Positions 36,280 through 45,782 of a DNA stretch of 52,543 nucleotides are shown here, piece by piece. The notes under the pieces were generated by a model that had not been told where the DNA came from, ran no database searches, and was given only the letters and a program-made list of their open reading frames with translations. Every line of letters begins with the position of its first letter. Position 1 is the stretch's first letter. Both the position numbers and the translations under genes were made by a program. Source of the DNA: Hydrocarboniphaga sp. (GTDB lineage: Bacteria; Pseudomonadota; Gammaproteobacteria; Nevskiales; Nevskiaceae); NCBI GenBank assembly GCA_023254435.1, contig JALRLM010000116.1, forward strand, positions 1-52,543, written 5' to 3'.

Positions 36280-37530
36280 TCAGATGCCGAACAAGCGCCT
36301 GAGCATCGCCATCTTGTCTTCGCGCACGGCCAGGTCGTCGTCGAGGATGCCGCCGGTGCCGTCGCTGTTGGGCGTGTAGCACCAGTAGAAGGCGCTGCGC
36401 ATGTCCTTGGCGATCAGGTAATCCACGAGTGCGTCGTGCCACAGCACGTCGCGCTCGCCGCTGGGCCCGGTGCCGTAATAGCCGCCGAACTCGCCCAGAA
36501 TCACGGTCTGCCCGAGCACGATCGGTGGCGTGGGCGCAAAGCGCCCGAACAGCGTGTCCCAGTCGGCCGCGAGATTGGCCGGAAAGGCAGGGTCGGAGAA
36601 CGACGCCTTGGGGAAGTCGTAGAGCGCGTCGGGCCCGTAGGTGTGCGGAAACAGCACCAGCTTGTCGTCGGGAATCGCCAGCGGGCGATAGCGCTGCGGC
36701 TGCAGGTTTTCGCCAAAGTTCACGCCCAGCGTGCTGTCCTCGATGCCGTCGTTGTTCAGATAGATGCCCTGCACGAACACCAGCAGGTTCGGGTTGGCCG
36801 TGAGTACCGCGGCGGCGGCGCGCTCGGCCGCCAGCTTCCAGTCGGCAGCGGCGACGTAGGCCGGATCGCCGTCGCCCCAGCGAGCGAGATCGTGCGGCTC
36901 GTTGTAAAGATCCAGGCCGACGAAGCGATCGTGATCGGAATAGCGCGTGGCGACCAACACCAGATCGCGGATCCAGTCCTCCGCGCTATAGGGCAAGTAG
37001 TTGTAGGTGGGCGCGGCGCCGTCCTCGGCATAGTCGGCGGCATCGTCGCTGTACCACAACGGGGCCAGCACGCCCTTGGCCACGGAATGGAAGTCGAGCA
37101 CCACGTACAAGCCCTGCGCCTGCGCCTCGTCCATCCACAGATCGAGAAATTCCAGCGGTGTCTTGCCGATGATGTCGGCATTGAGCTCGGCGTCGACGAA
37201 AGTATCCAGGTCCACGCCGATGCGCTGCGTGGAGTACAGCGTCTCGGGCACAAACGGCAGGCGCACGGCATTGAAGCCCAGTGCCTTCACCTGCGCGATC
37301 TGCTGCTTCCAGCCCATGGCATCGAGATACTGCGGAATCAGGATGTCGGTCTCGAAGCCGAATAGGTTGATGCCGCGCAGCTGCACGGCATCGCCATCGG
37401 CGTCGTAGACCTTGCCGTTGCGGGCGACATAACCCGGCGTGCCGTCGTCACCGCCGCCTCCGCCGCCACAGGCCGTCAGCAGCGCCACCAGGGCACAGGC
37501 CGCGATCGCCCATCGAATCTGTCTTTTCAC
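36280..37530 (-). CDS. GH5 glycoside hydrolase lipoprotein, paralog 2
   Basis: Probable GTG start (KRQIRW...), lipobox LTAC; GFNAVRLP, YNEP, PHTYGP and GEFGG. Confidence 0.9.
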   Translation of the reverse strand: MKRQIRWAIAACALVALLTACGGGGGGDDGTPGYVARNGKVYDADGDAVQLRGINLFGFETDILIPQYLDAMGWKQQIAQVKALGFNAVRLPFVPETLYSTQRIGVDLDTFVDAELNADIIGKTPLEFLDLWMDEAQAQGLYVVLDFHSVAKGVLAPLWYSDDAADYAEDGAAPTYNYLPYSAEDWIRDLVLVATRYSDHDRFVGLDLYNEPHDLARWGDGDPAYVAAADWKLAAERAAAAVLTANPNLLVFVQGIYLNNDGIEDSTLGVNFGENLQPQRYRPLAIPDDKLVLFPHTYGPDALYDFPKASFSDPAFPANLAADWDTLFGRFAPTPPIVLGQTVILGEFGGYYGTGPSGERDVLWHDALVDYLIAKDMRSAFYWCYTPNSDGTGGILDDDLAVREDKMAMLRRLFGI

Positions 37531-38093
37531 CCGACCGTCCTGCCTGGCTGCGGAATGCCCGCAGGGAATGCTACCGCCGACACCGTCCGCAGACGATGGG
37601 CAATGCAGCGGCTTGCGTGACAGGGGGCTTGGTGGCAACGCCCTGGTTCAGGAGCGTGGAGGTGGGGGCTCGCGCCTTCCACGAGAGGCGATATCTCGCT
37701 TCAAAAAGCATGCCCCGGCGATCGCCTTTCAGATCGTGTGACGCCCTCGATCCAGCCTTGGCGGCGGCCGAGAACGGATCTCCACTTTATCCGTCATGGA
37801 CGATCCCGTCGCGATATGGCAACGTTTTATCAGTCAAGGTCTCGGAGTGACAGTTTTCCATGCCCCAGCGTCGACTATACCGCTGGTGATGCTAATTCGG
37901 TCATCGCGTGCGCCGAGGTGATGACCGCGCTCATCGAGATAGTCAGAGAACCATGGTTTCGAAGCTGCAGCCTTCTCTATCTCCAGTCCAGGAAGACATT
38001 TCTGCCGGCGGAGGATCAGCATCATATGCAGGAAGACCTTCGGGGCCACAGAGATGCCAGAGTGATCGCGCAGTCGCTCAATTGCTGGGGTTG

Positions 38094-38172
38094 GCCCACC
38101 AAGCGGTGCCACTCGATATCCCAGCCGCCGCCTCGCGGCATCAGGTTCGCGAGTGAAGCTGGGCGGTTAGGC
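38094..38172 (+). mobile_element. Degenerate integron attC-like site (79 bp)
   Basis: GCCCACC (one mismatch to RYYYAAC), inner inverted repeat CACTCG/CGAGTG, ends in GTTAGGC; ATG follows after 3 nt. Confidence 0.6.
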
Positions 38173-38175
38173 GTC

Positions 38176-38615
38176 ATGTATCTTCGTCACTATCGGCACA
38201 CTGGCCAGATCGTCGAACTCGATCCTGCGAGTGGTTCGGTGCGCAAAGCCGCGGAAATCCCGGAGGAGCATCTTCACTGGGGCTTCGTATGGCATCAGCG
38301 AGGACGCTGGGTCGCGCTATGGCGAGACAGTCAATCTCTTGTTTTTCAGTCAGGCAAAAGCAAGTGGCGGCTCGTTTCTCAAACCGAATTTCGCGTATCG
38401 GGGACGATTTCCGGCAGTTCTCCATTACTGAGAACGGCCGGGCATCGTTCTCGCTTCGCTATCTGTTCGGTGGGATTGGCCTTGCGCTTGTGGACCCAAC
38501 CTATGACTCAATAGATGAGGAGTTGAATGACTTCTTTATCTATGTCGCCTCAATGTGGAAAAGCTGGGGAGGAAAAAGTATGGAGAGCTTCGAGGCGAAG
38601 GGCCTGAGTGCCTAA
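38176..38615 (+). pseudogene. Frameshifted cassette-like gene, hypothetical protein of about 146 aa
   Basis: N-half MYLRHYRH...EFRVSGT and C-half FRQFSI...DPTYDSIDEELNDFF lie in different frames; adding one T in the 38408-38410 T run joins them; stop TAA lies within GCCTAAC. Confidence 0.6.
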
Positions 38616-38643
38616 CAGCAGGTGCCATAGGCTGGCGTTAGAC
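38610..38643 (+). mobile_element. Internally deleted attC-like site (34 bp)
   Basis: GCCTAAC ... GTTAGAC with perfect RYYYAAC/GTTRRRY; shares GGTGCCA and GCTGG with the site at 38094; ATG follows after 4 nt. Confidence 0.6.
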
Positions 38644-38647
38644 CGCA

Positions 38648-39277
38648 ATGAAAGTAATACAATTGATTCGTAGGGGCCTCGAAAGAATCGGCGTCATGGA
38701 GGCGCCCACTGTTCGAACGGCTCGACTGAGACAAGAAGAGCAACTTGAGAACAAGACCGTGCTTTCAAGGCGGCGTCAGTCTGTGAACGGGGCCGAGGGG
38801 CCAGCTTCATTCATTGCCACCATTGCGCCCTATGAGCAGCATTTTACGCCGCTAAGCGATAAGCAGCTCCGCCCGATCAGAGACAACGCAAAGCTCATTG
38901 TTCCGTTTATGTCGTTCCACTCTGTGGAACCTGCCGGAGAGTGGTCCTTGGAGGACCTAGATAAGGCCTTTAGCGCTTGGACCGAGTCCGGGCGGAAAGA
39001 GCCATACAGCGACGACTTCATCATCGAGGTTGCAGGCGCGGCATTTGGCGAGTATTGCGCAAAGCATTTGAATATGGAGTGGGTTCTAGTCGAGGATCAA
39101 GACGGCAGGGCTGTAGGCCTTCGTGGTCGCATAGTCGAGCAGCAGTCCTTCCCATTTTCCACCGTGGCCAAGCGCGTACCGGGGCGCGAGCATGGTTTCT
39201 TCAAATCTGTGTTCCTACTTATTAAACAGCAGGCCGGTGAGGGCACGCTTCTGAGCGGCCGGGCACATAAATTATAA
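38648..39277 (+). CDS. Hypothetical protein with DUF3806-like C-terminal domain (cassette-like gene)
   Basis: GAAFGEY..MEWVLVEDQDG...FPFSTVAKR pattern; AT-rich codon usage unlike flanks. Confidence 0.65.
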   Translation: MKVIQLIRRGLERIGVMEAPTVRTARLRQEEQLENKTVLSRRRQSVNGAEGPASFIATIAPYEQHFTPLSDKQLRPIRDNAKLIVPFMSFHSVEPAGEWSLEDLDKAFSAWTESGRKEPYSDDFIIEVAGAAFGEYCAKHLNMEWVLVEDQDGRAVGLRGRIVEQQSFPFSTVAKRVPGREHGFFKSVFLLIKQQAGEGTLLSGRAHKL

Positions 39278-39642
39278 ATTACGGTGACACTTCACTAATT
39301 CCCGATATCTGAAAGCGAGATGCTGGTGACACCTGCCGGCCAGCTCACCGCTCATGCGGGTAAGAGCAGTCTCACGTTCCCGAATTTCCGGGCTCTTCAG
39401 TGGCCAGAGCGAGAGGCGTGTAGCGGCCAACATTTGCCGGTTTCGCTGCCGGTTCATCTGATTGACAGGGCTGGAAAATATCCGTTGGCGTAGGCCCTTG
39501 GGTGCCGGTTCCTATGCTGGTTTCGAAGTGAGTCGCAGTTTGAAGAGCCCGCTGCAGGAAACGCTTCAGAGGCCGTGCAATGGGCCTTTGAAATCACGCG
39601 CGGCGTCGAAGACCGTTCCAGGCTACTGCTACTTGGCTGGCC

Positions 39643-41187
39643 TCAATCCGCCGCCGCCGCATGCGCCGCTCCGCGCGGCCGGCGCGTGAACCAGACCAGC
39701 AGCATCGCGATCACGCAGATCCAGCCCGAGATCCAGAAGAAATCCAGCGTCGACGTCAGATAGGCCTGGTTGCCCAGTTCGCGTGCGAGCACGCCCAGCG
39801 ACTGGCCTTCGCTCAGGCCGCGATCCTGCAGCGTGCCCAGCGCCTGCTGCAGGCGCGGGTCGCTTGCGCTGGTGGCTTCGGCCAGGCGCATCTGGTGCAG
39901 CGCGGCGTGGCGATCCCACAGCGTGGTGGTGATGCTGGTGGCGAAGGCGCCGGCGGTGATGCGCAAAAAGTTCGACAGCCCCGAGGCGGCCGGCACGCGC
40001 GCGTCGGGCACGCCGTCGAGCAGGATGGTCAGCATGGCGACGAAGAACATCGACATGCCGATGCCCTGCACGAGCAGCGGCAGCACGTAGTCGATGAACT
40101 GCGCGTTGGCGGTGTAACCGGCGCGCATGAAGTACGACAGGCCGAACACCGCGAACGAGATCGTCGCCAGCCAGCGCGCGTCGACGCGATTGATGTTCTT
40201 GCCCACGATCGGCGACAGCAGCACGGCCACCACGCCGCTGGGCGCGGCGACCAGGCCGGCCCAGGTCGCGGTGTAGCCGAGCCAGGTCTGCATCCACAGC
40301 GGCAGCAGCACCACGCCGCCGAAGAACACGCCGTAGCCGACGCAGAAGGCCAGCACGCCGAAGGTGAAGTTGCGGTTCCTGAACAGCGACAGGTCGATGA
40401 TCGGATGCTTCTCGCCGAGTTCCCAGATCAAGAAGGCGATGAAGCCGACGACGGCGATGATGGCCTCGACCACGATCACGGGCGACTCGAACCAGTCCTT
40501 GTCCTTGCCGGTGTCGAGCATGATCTGCAGTGCGCCGACCCAGATCACGAGCAGGCTCAGGCCAATGCTGTCGATGGGAATCCTGCGCGTCGGCGTCTCG
40601 CGATGCTTGAGGCCGTTCCAGCAGACGAAGGCGCAGAACAGGCCCACGGGCACGTTGATGTAGAAGATCCACGGCCACGAATAATCGTCGGAGATGTGGC
40701 CGCCCAGGATCGGTCCGCAGATCGGCGCCACCAGCGTGGTCATCGACCACAGCGCCAGCGCCGAGCCTTTCTTCTCGGGTGGAAACAGTGAAATCAGCAG
40801 CGCCTGCGAACCCGGGATCATCGGGCCCGACACCGCGCCCTGCAGGATGCGGAACAGGATCAGCGACGACAGGCTCCAGGCCGCGCCGCACAGGAACGAA
40901 GCCAGCGTGAACAGCAGCACCGAGACCACGAAGGTGCGCACCACGCCGAAGCGTTGCATGAGCCAGCCGGTCAGCGGCACCGAGATGCCGTTGGCGACCG
41001 CGAAGCTCGTGATGACCCAGGTGCCCTGATCGGTCGAGGTGCCGAGATTGCCGGCGATGGTCGGAATCGACACGTTGGCGATGGTCGTGTCGAGCACCTG
41101 CATGAAGGTGCCCAGCGCGAGCGCGGTCGCGACCATGCCGCGTCCGCCTGGAATGGTCTCGCGATCGAGCGTAGCGGCAGCGTTCAT
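39643..41187 (-). CDS. emrB: DHA2 multidrug efflux MFS permease
   Basis: FMQVLDTTIANVS, WVITSF, FRILQG and WIFYINVP; 14-TM pattern. Confidence 0.93.
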   Translation of the reverse strand: MNAAATLDRETIPGGRGMVATALALGTFMQVLDTTIANVSIPTIAGNLGTSTDQGTWVITSFAVANGISVPLTGWLMQRFGVVRTFVVSVLLFTLASFLCGAAWSLSSLILFRILQGAVSGPMIPGSQALLISLFPPEKKGSALALWSMTTLVAPICGPILGGHISDDYSWPWIFYINVPVGLFCAFVCWNGLKHRETPTRRIPIDSIGLSLLVIWVGALQIMLDTGKDKDWFESPVIVVEAIIAVVGFIAFLIWELGEKHPIIDLSLFRNRNFTFGVLAFCVGYGVFFGGVVLLPLWMQTWLGYTATWAGLVAAPSGVVAVLLSPIVGKNINRVDARWLATISFAVFGLSYFMRAGYTANAQFIDYVLPLLVQGIGMSMFFVAMLTILLDGVPDARVPAASGLSNFLRITAGAFATSITTTLWDRHAALHQMRLAEATSASDPRLQQALGTLQDRGLSEGQSLGVLARELGNQAYLTSTLDFFWISGWICVIAMLLVWFTRRPRGAAHAAAAD

Positions 41188-41208
41188 GAGCGTTGGCGTG
41201 CGAGGCTC

Positions 41209-42366
41209 TTAGAGCGCGTGGCCGGCGTTGTCGGCGATGATGCGCGCGATCTGCTGCTGCACCTCGGCGTCGCGCTGCTCGTTGATGGTGACGCGCTGCG
41301 GCTCGGCGCGCAGCTGCGTCGCCACCAGCGGGCCCGAGGCGTCGTGCAGGTCCACCGTCGCCGTCATCGACAGGCCCACGCGCAGCGGATGTTCCTTGAG
41401 CTCGGCCGGATCGAGCGCGATGCGCACGGGCACGCGCTGCACGATCTTGATCCAGTTGCCCGAGGCGTTCTGCGCGGGCAGCAGCGCGAACGCGCTGCCG
41501 CTGCCGGCGCCCAGGCCGGCGATCTTGCCGTGATAGCCCACGTCCTTGCCGTAAAGATCGGAATGCAGCTCCACGGGCTGGCCGATGCGGATGCCGGCGA
41601 GCTGCACTTCCTTGAAGTTGGCGTCGACCCAGACCTGATCGAGCGGCACCACCGCCATCAGCGGCGCGCCCGGCGCGATGCGCGCGCCAATCTGCACGCC
41701 GCGGCGCGCTACCGTGCCCGTGGTCGGCGCGACGATGCGCGTGCGGCGCAGCGCCAGTCCGGCCTCGCGCACCCGGGCGGCGGCGGCCAGCACCTGAGGA
41801 TGCGTTTCGATCTGCGTGTCGGCGATCTGCGCCTGCGTGCTGCGCAGCGACTCGTGCGATACATCGAGCGCGGCCTGCAGCTGCGCGACCTGATCGAGGG
41901 CGTGCTGCACTTCTTCGCTCGACACCGCGCCGTCGGCCGCCACCTGCTGGCGGCGCGCGAGGTCCGCACGCGCGCTGCGCAGCGCCACCTGACGCTCGTT
42001 GATCTGCGCCTGCAGGCCGTCGGCCTGCGCGAACAGGCTGCGCACCTGGCGCACGCTGCGCGCGAGTTCGGCCTGCGCCGAGGCCATCGCCACCTGCGCA
42101 TCGGCGTCGTCGAGCTGCACCAGCAGCTGGCCGCGTTCGACGTGCTGGGTGTCGTCGACGTAAACCGCGGTGACGCTGCCGGCGACTTCGCTGGTGATCT
42201 GCACGAGATCGGAGGCCACGTAGGCGTCGTCGGTTTCTTCGAAGTGGCGGCTGTGCAGGTACCAGTAGCTGCCGTAGCCGCCGAGCGCGACCAGCGTGAC
42301 GACGGCGAGCAGCACCAGGCGCAGACGGCGCTTGCCGTTGGGGGCTTCAGGATTCGGGGTGGTCAT
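41209..42366 (-). CDS. emrA: EmrA-type membrane fusion protein
   Basis: ETDDAYV, WVDANFKE and LLPAQNASGNWIKIVQRVPV motifs. Confidence 0.93.
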   Translation of the reverse strand: MTTPNPEAPNGKRRLRLVLLAVVTLVALGGYGSYWYLHSRHFEETDDAYVASDLVQITSEVAGSVTAVYVDDTQHVERGQLLVQLDDADAQVAMASAQAELARSVRQVRSLFAQADGLQAQINERQVALRSARADLARRQQVAADGAVSSEEVQHALDQVAQLQAALDVSHESLRSTQAQIADTQIETHPQVLAAAARVREAGLALRRTRIVAPTTGTVARRGVQIGARIAPGAPLMAVVPLDQVWVDANFKEVQLAGIRIGQPVELHSDLYGKDVGYHGKIAGLGAGSGSAFALLPAQNASGNWIKIVQRVPVRIALDPAELKEHPLRVGLSMTATVDLHDASGPLVATQLRAEPQRVTINEQRDAEVQQQIARIIADNAGHAL

Positions 42367-42423
42367 GGCAAATGCCCAGGTGATGAGGCGCGCGGGCAGC
42401 GCCCGCGCAAAGAGAAGAAGGGA

Positions 42424-43899
42424 TCAGGACGGCTTGTGCGTCGCGGTGTCGGCGGGCTGCGCACCGGCCTGCGCCGACAGCGCGGCCGGATCGAAGCTGC
42501 CGCCCAGCGTGAGCAGCAGCGTGACGCGCGAGATCACCAGCTTGGCGTCGAGTGCGGCGAGATCGCGCCGGGCCTGCAACACCTGCGATTCGGCGTTGAG
42601 CACGGTCAGCTGCGTCGACAGCCCAGCGCCGTAGCGTTTCTGCGCCAGGCGATACGCGGCCTGCGAGGCATCCAGCGTCTGCTGCGTCTGTTCGATCTGC
42701 TGCGCCAGCGAGGCGCCCAGCGTGAGCTGGTCGGCCGACTCGCGCACGGCATTCAGCACGGCGTCGTTGTAGTGCGCGACCGCGCCGTCGAGATCGGCCG
42801 TGGCGTTCTTGTAACTCGCGCGCAGACGATTGGCCTCGAAGATCGGCAGGTGAAAGGCCGGCGTCACGCCGAAGATGGCGCTGTCGCCATCGAACAGATT
42901 GTCCAGCCCGATGGCCTGCACACCCGCGAAGGCCTTGAGGCTGACGTCGGGATAGAAGGCCGCGTGCGCGGCCGTGCGACCGGCCATGGCGGCGTCGATG
43001 CGCAGGCGCGCGGCGACGATGTCGGGGCGGCGCGATAGCAGGTCCATCGGCACCGCATCGGGCAGCGGCAGCGCGGCGTCGAGGCTGAGCTGCGGCCTGC
43101 CAATGCCGGCGTAGCGATCGGTGCCGTAGCCGGCCAGCGCGGCGAGCCGGTGCACGGCGAGGTCGCGCGTACTCTGCGCCTGCAGCTGCGCGTTGCGGGC
43201 CTGCGGTAAGGCGGCTTCGGCGAGCTTGAGCTCGATCTGCGTGTCCAGGCCGGTGGCGACGCGCTGCTGCGTGAGCTTGAGCAGCTGCTCGCGCTGGGCG
43301 AGCTGGCGCTCGGCGATGTCGCTGAGCACCCAGGCGTGATGCAGGTCGATGTAGGCCTGCGCGATGCCGCCGGCCAGCGCGAGGCGGGCGGCTTCGACGT
43401 CGAGTTCGCTGGCCGCCTGCGCGCCACGCGCCTGATCGAGCTGCGCGGCCTGCTTGCCCCAGAAGTCCAGGTCCCAGCTCAGGTTGGCGCCCAGGTTGCT
43501 GACCCAGTAAGTGTGCCCGCCGTAAGGCGGCGGCACGATGTAGTTGGCCGACAGGCGCTGGCGCGAAGCGTCGCCGTCGATGGACAGGCTGGGGCTGCCG
43601 TCGGCGCCCACAGACTGGCTCAGCGCCTGCGCCGAGCGCACGCGTGCGAGCGCGGCCTGCAGGTTGGGACTGCTGGCGATCGCATCGTCGACGATGCGGT
43701 CGAGCTGTGGATCGCCGAAAGCTTTCCACCAGCCGGCCGGCGCGGGCGCGGTGGCGACACCGGACAGGCCCAGCTGCTGCGCGGTGAGGGCGCTGCCCTG
43801 CGGGTCTTCCACCTGCGGCGTGACGCAGCCGGCCAGCGCGAGCAGGGCCGCAGCGGCGGACGCGACCAGCGCCCTGCGGGATGTGAGCGGGATGTTCAT
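42424..43899 (-). CDS. NodT/OprM-family outer membrane efflux lipoprotein
   Basis: Start MNIPLT (ATGA overlap with marR); lipobox LAGC; SWDLDFWG, LLSRRPDI and LGGSF. Confidence 0.9.
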   Translation of the reverse strand: MNIPLTSRRALVASAAAALLALAGCVTPQVEDPQGSALTAQQLGLSGVATAPAPAGWWKAFGDPQLDRIVDDAIASSPNLQAALARVRSAQALSQSVGADGSPSLSIDGDASRQRLSANYIVPPPYGGHTYWVSNLGANLSWDLDFWGKQAAQLDQARGAQAASELDVEAARLALAGGIAQAYIDLHHAWVLSDIAERQLAQREQLLKLTQQRVATGLDTQIELKLAEAALPQARNAQLQAQSTRDLAVHRLAALAGYGTDRYAGIGRPQLSLDAALPLPDAVPMDLLSRRPDIVAARLRIDAAMAGRTAAHAAFYPDVSLKAFAGVQAIGLDNLFDGDSAIFGVTPAFHLPIFEANRLRASYKNATADLDGAVAHYNDAVLNAVRESADQLTLGASLAQQIEQTQQTLDASQAAYRLAQKRYGAGLSTQLTVLNAESQVLQARRDLAALDAKLVISRVTLLLTLGGSFDPAALSAQAGAQPADTATHKPS

Positions 43900-44369
43900 G
43901 CGGAAGATCCGGTCTGGCCGGCTTGATCGAGATTGTGGATGAGCTTGTGCAGCAGGCGCGTGAGCTCGCCGAATTCGGCGGCGCTGAAGTCGGCCAGCGC
44001 GCCATTGAGCTTGTCGACCATCAGCGGGGTGAGCTGGGTGATCTTGCTGCGACCCGATCGGGTCAGCTGCAGCTCCACCACGCGACGGTCTTCGAGGCTG
44101 CGCTCGCGCTTGACGTAACCGCGCTCCTCGAGCTGGTCGATCATGCGCGTGACCGCACCGGTGTCGTAATGCATGCGTTTGCACAGATCACCAGCCGTGC
44201 GCGCCGTGCCCTCGTGCAGCTTCATGAGCACGATCCACTGGATGAGGCTGATGTCGTGCGTGGCGAAGCTCTGCGCCGCGCAATCGTGCAGGCGCGTGTG
44301 CGCCACCTTGAGCAGGTAGCCCAGGCTCGTGCTCGTCTTGAAGGTCTTGGAGTCGTAATGCCGCGCCAT
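43896..44369 (-). CDS. MarR-family transcriptional regulator (EmrR-like)
   Basis: TRMIDQLEERGYV...EDRR motif; first gene of the efflux operon. Confidence 0.92.
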   Translation of the reverse strand: MARHYDSKTFKTSTSLGYLLKVAHTRLHDCAAQSFATHDISLIQWIVLMKLHEGTARTAGDLCKRMHYDTGAVTRMIDQLEERGYVKRERSLEDRRVVELQLTRSGRSKITQLTPLMVDKLNGALADFSAAEFGELTRLLHKLIHNLDQAGQTGSSA

Positions 44370-44414
44370 GAGGTGCTCGCGTATCGCCGGAGCCTGATGC
44401 CTTTTGGATGAAAA

Positions 44415-44432
44415 TATCTGCCTAGGCAGATA
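44415..44432. promoter_or_regulatory. Perfect 18-bp palindrome TATCTGCCTAGGCAGATA, probable MarR operator
   Basis: 45 bp upstream of marR; extra half-sites GGCAGATA (44440) and GGCAGACA (44455). Confidence 0.7.
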
Positions 44433-44542
44433 ATGAGGTGGCAGATAGTGCTCCGGCAGACACTGTCTGTCAACGGGAATTTCGCATGCCGTCGCGGCGC
44501 CAGCTCACCAGGCATTCAGATGCGCATTCGCATGCTCGGCGC

Positions 44543-45727
44543 ATGGATCATTCGACCGCCATCGCCCCGAATGCGGCTGCCGAGCCGGCGGAGCTGGCCG
44601 TGCTCGCGGCGCGCCAGGCCGGCCTGCGCTACGTCGAGGCCGGCGAACCCGGCATCGCGCGTGAGCGCGACGGCCAGGGCTTCGTCTATCGCGATGCCCA
44701 TGGGCGGCTCGTCGACGAGGCCGATCAGCTGCTGCGCATCGCCCGGCTGGCGATTCCGCCGGCCTACGAGCAGGTGTGGATCTGCGCCAGCGAGCGTGGC
44801 CATCTGCAGGCCACGGGCATCGACGCGCGCGGGCGCAAGCAGTACCGCTATCACGCGCGCTGGCGCAGCCTGCGCGACGGCGCCAAGTTCGAGCGCATGG
44901 TCGCCTTCGGCGAAGCGCTGCCGCGCCTGCGTCGCCGCCTGCGCCGCGATCTGGCGCTCAAGGGGCTGCCGCGCGACAAGGTGCTGGCCGTCATCGTGGC
45001 GCTGCTCGATTCCACGCTCGTGCGCATCGGCAACGACGAGTACGCACGCAGCAACAAGAGCTATGGCTTGACCACCTTGCGTGATCGTCACGTCGAGTTC
45101 GTGCGCAACGGTCGCGCGCGCCTGCGCTTTCGCGGCAAGGGCGGGCTGGAGCGCGAGGTGACCGTCAACGACAGGCGGCTCGTCGCCATCGTGCGGCGCT
45201 GCCAGCAGCTGCCGGGCCAGCAGCTGTTCCAGTATTTGGACGACGACGGCCAGCGCCGGCCCGTGGATTCGGGCCAGGTCAACGACTATCTGCGCCAGGC
45301 GATGGGCGAGGATTTCACCGCCAAGGACTTCCGCACCTGGGGTGGCACGCTGCGCGCCATCGCCCTGATGGGCTGCACGCCGTTGCCCGATGTGCTCAGC
45401 GAGCGCGCGCTGACGAGCTGCATCACGCAGGCCATCAAGCGGGTGGCGCAGGACCTCGGCAATACGCCGGCGGTCTGCCGCAAGTCCTATATCAATCCCG
45501 TGGTATTCGAGGCCTGGCGAGAAGGCCGCCTGCACAAGGTGGTTCGTGAGGATCTGTCACGGGCGCCGCGACGTGCGGAGACGCTGGCACTGCGTTTTCT
45601 GCGTGGGCAATCGCGGCGGGCGGCGACGGCGTCCCGGGTGGCGGCGCGTACTGGATCCGTTGGCAGGGGCCGCAAACCGCCGCGACGGATGCGTCGCACA
45701 GGCGCGGCGACTCGCGCGCGGAACTGA
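44543..45727 (+). CDS. Bacterial DNA topoisomerase IB
   Basis: IPPAY, DARGRKQYRY, VRIGN, FRGKGG, KDFRTW and GNTPAVCRKSY (catalytic Tyr); start uncertain (44438 possible). Confidence 0.92.
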   Translation: MDHSTAIAPNAAAEPAELAVLAARQAGLRYVEAGEPGIARERDGQGFVYRDAHGRLVDEADQLLRIARLAIPPAYEQVWICASERGHLQATGIDARGRKQYRYHARWRSLRDGAKFERMVAFGEALPRLRRRLRRDLALKGLPRDKVLAVIVALLDSTLVRIGNDEYARSNKSYGLTTLRDRHVEFVRNGRARLRFRGKGGLEREVTVNDRRLVAIVRRCQQLPGQQLFQYLDDDGQRRPVDSGQVNDYLRQAMGEDFTAKDFRTWGGTLRAIALMGCTPLPDVLSERALTSCITQAIKRVAQDLGNTPAVCRKSYINPVVFEAWREGRLHKVVREDLSRAPRRAETLALRFLRGQSRRAATASRVAARTGSVGRGRKPPRRMRRTGAATRARN

Positions 45728-45782
45728 AGAAAAGGCCGGCGCCGGCCCCGAACCGTCTCAGTGACCGCTGTCCGCTCGCGGA

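Noticed and set aside
37738-38514. 258-aa ORF as one real gene
   Set aside because: It runs through the attC-like site and past the frameshift; only the part from ATG 38176 looks coding
39420-39500. Possible third attC (GGCCAAC ... GGCGTAGGCC)
   Set aside because: Neither end fits the consensus and I found no convincing inner inverted repeat
44543-45727. Topoisomerase IB as the integrase for the attC-like sites or as a viral gene
   Set aside because: Motifs are those of bacterial TopIB, not IntI; host-like GC and no phage genes nearby
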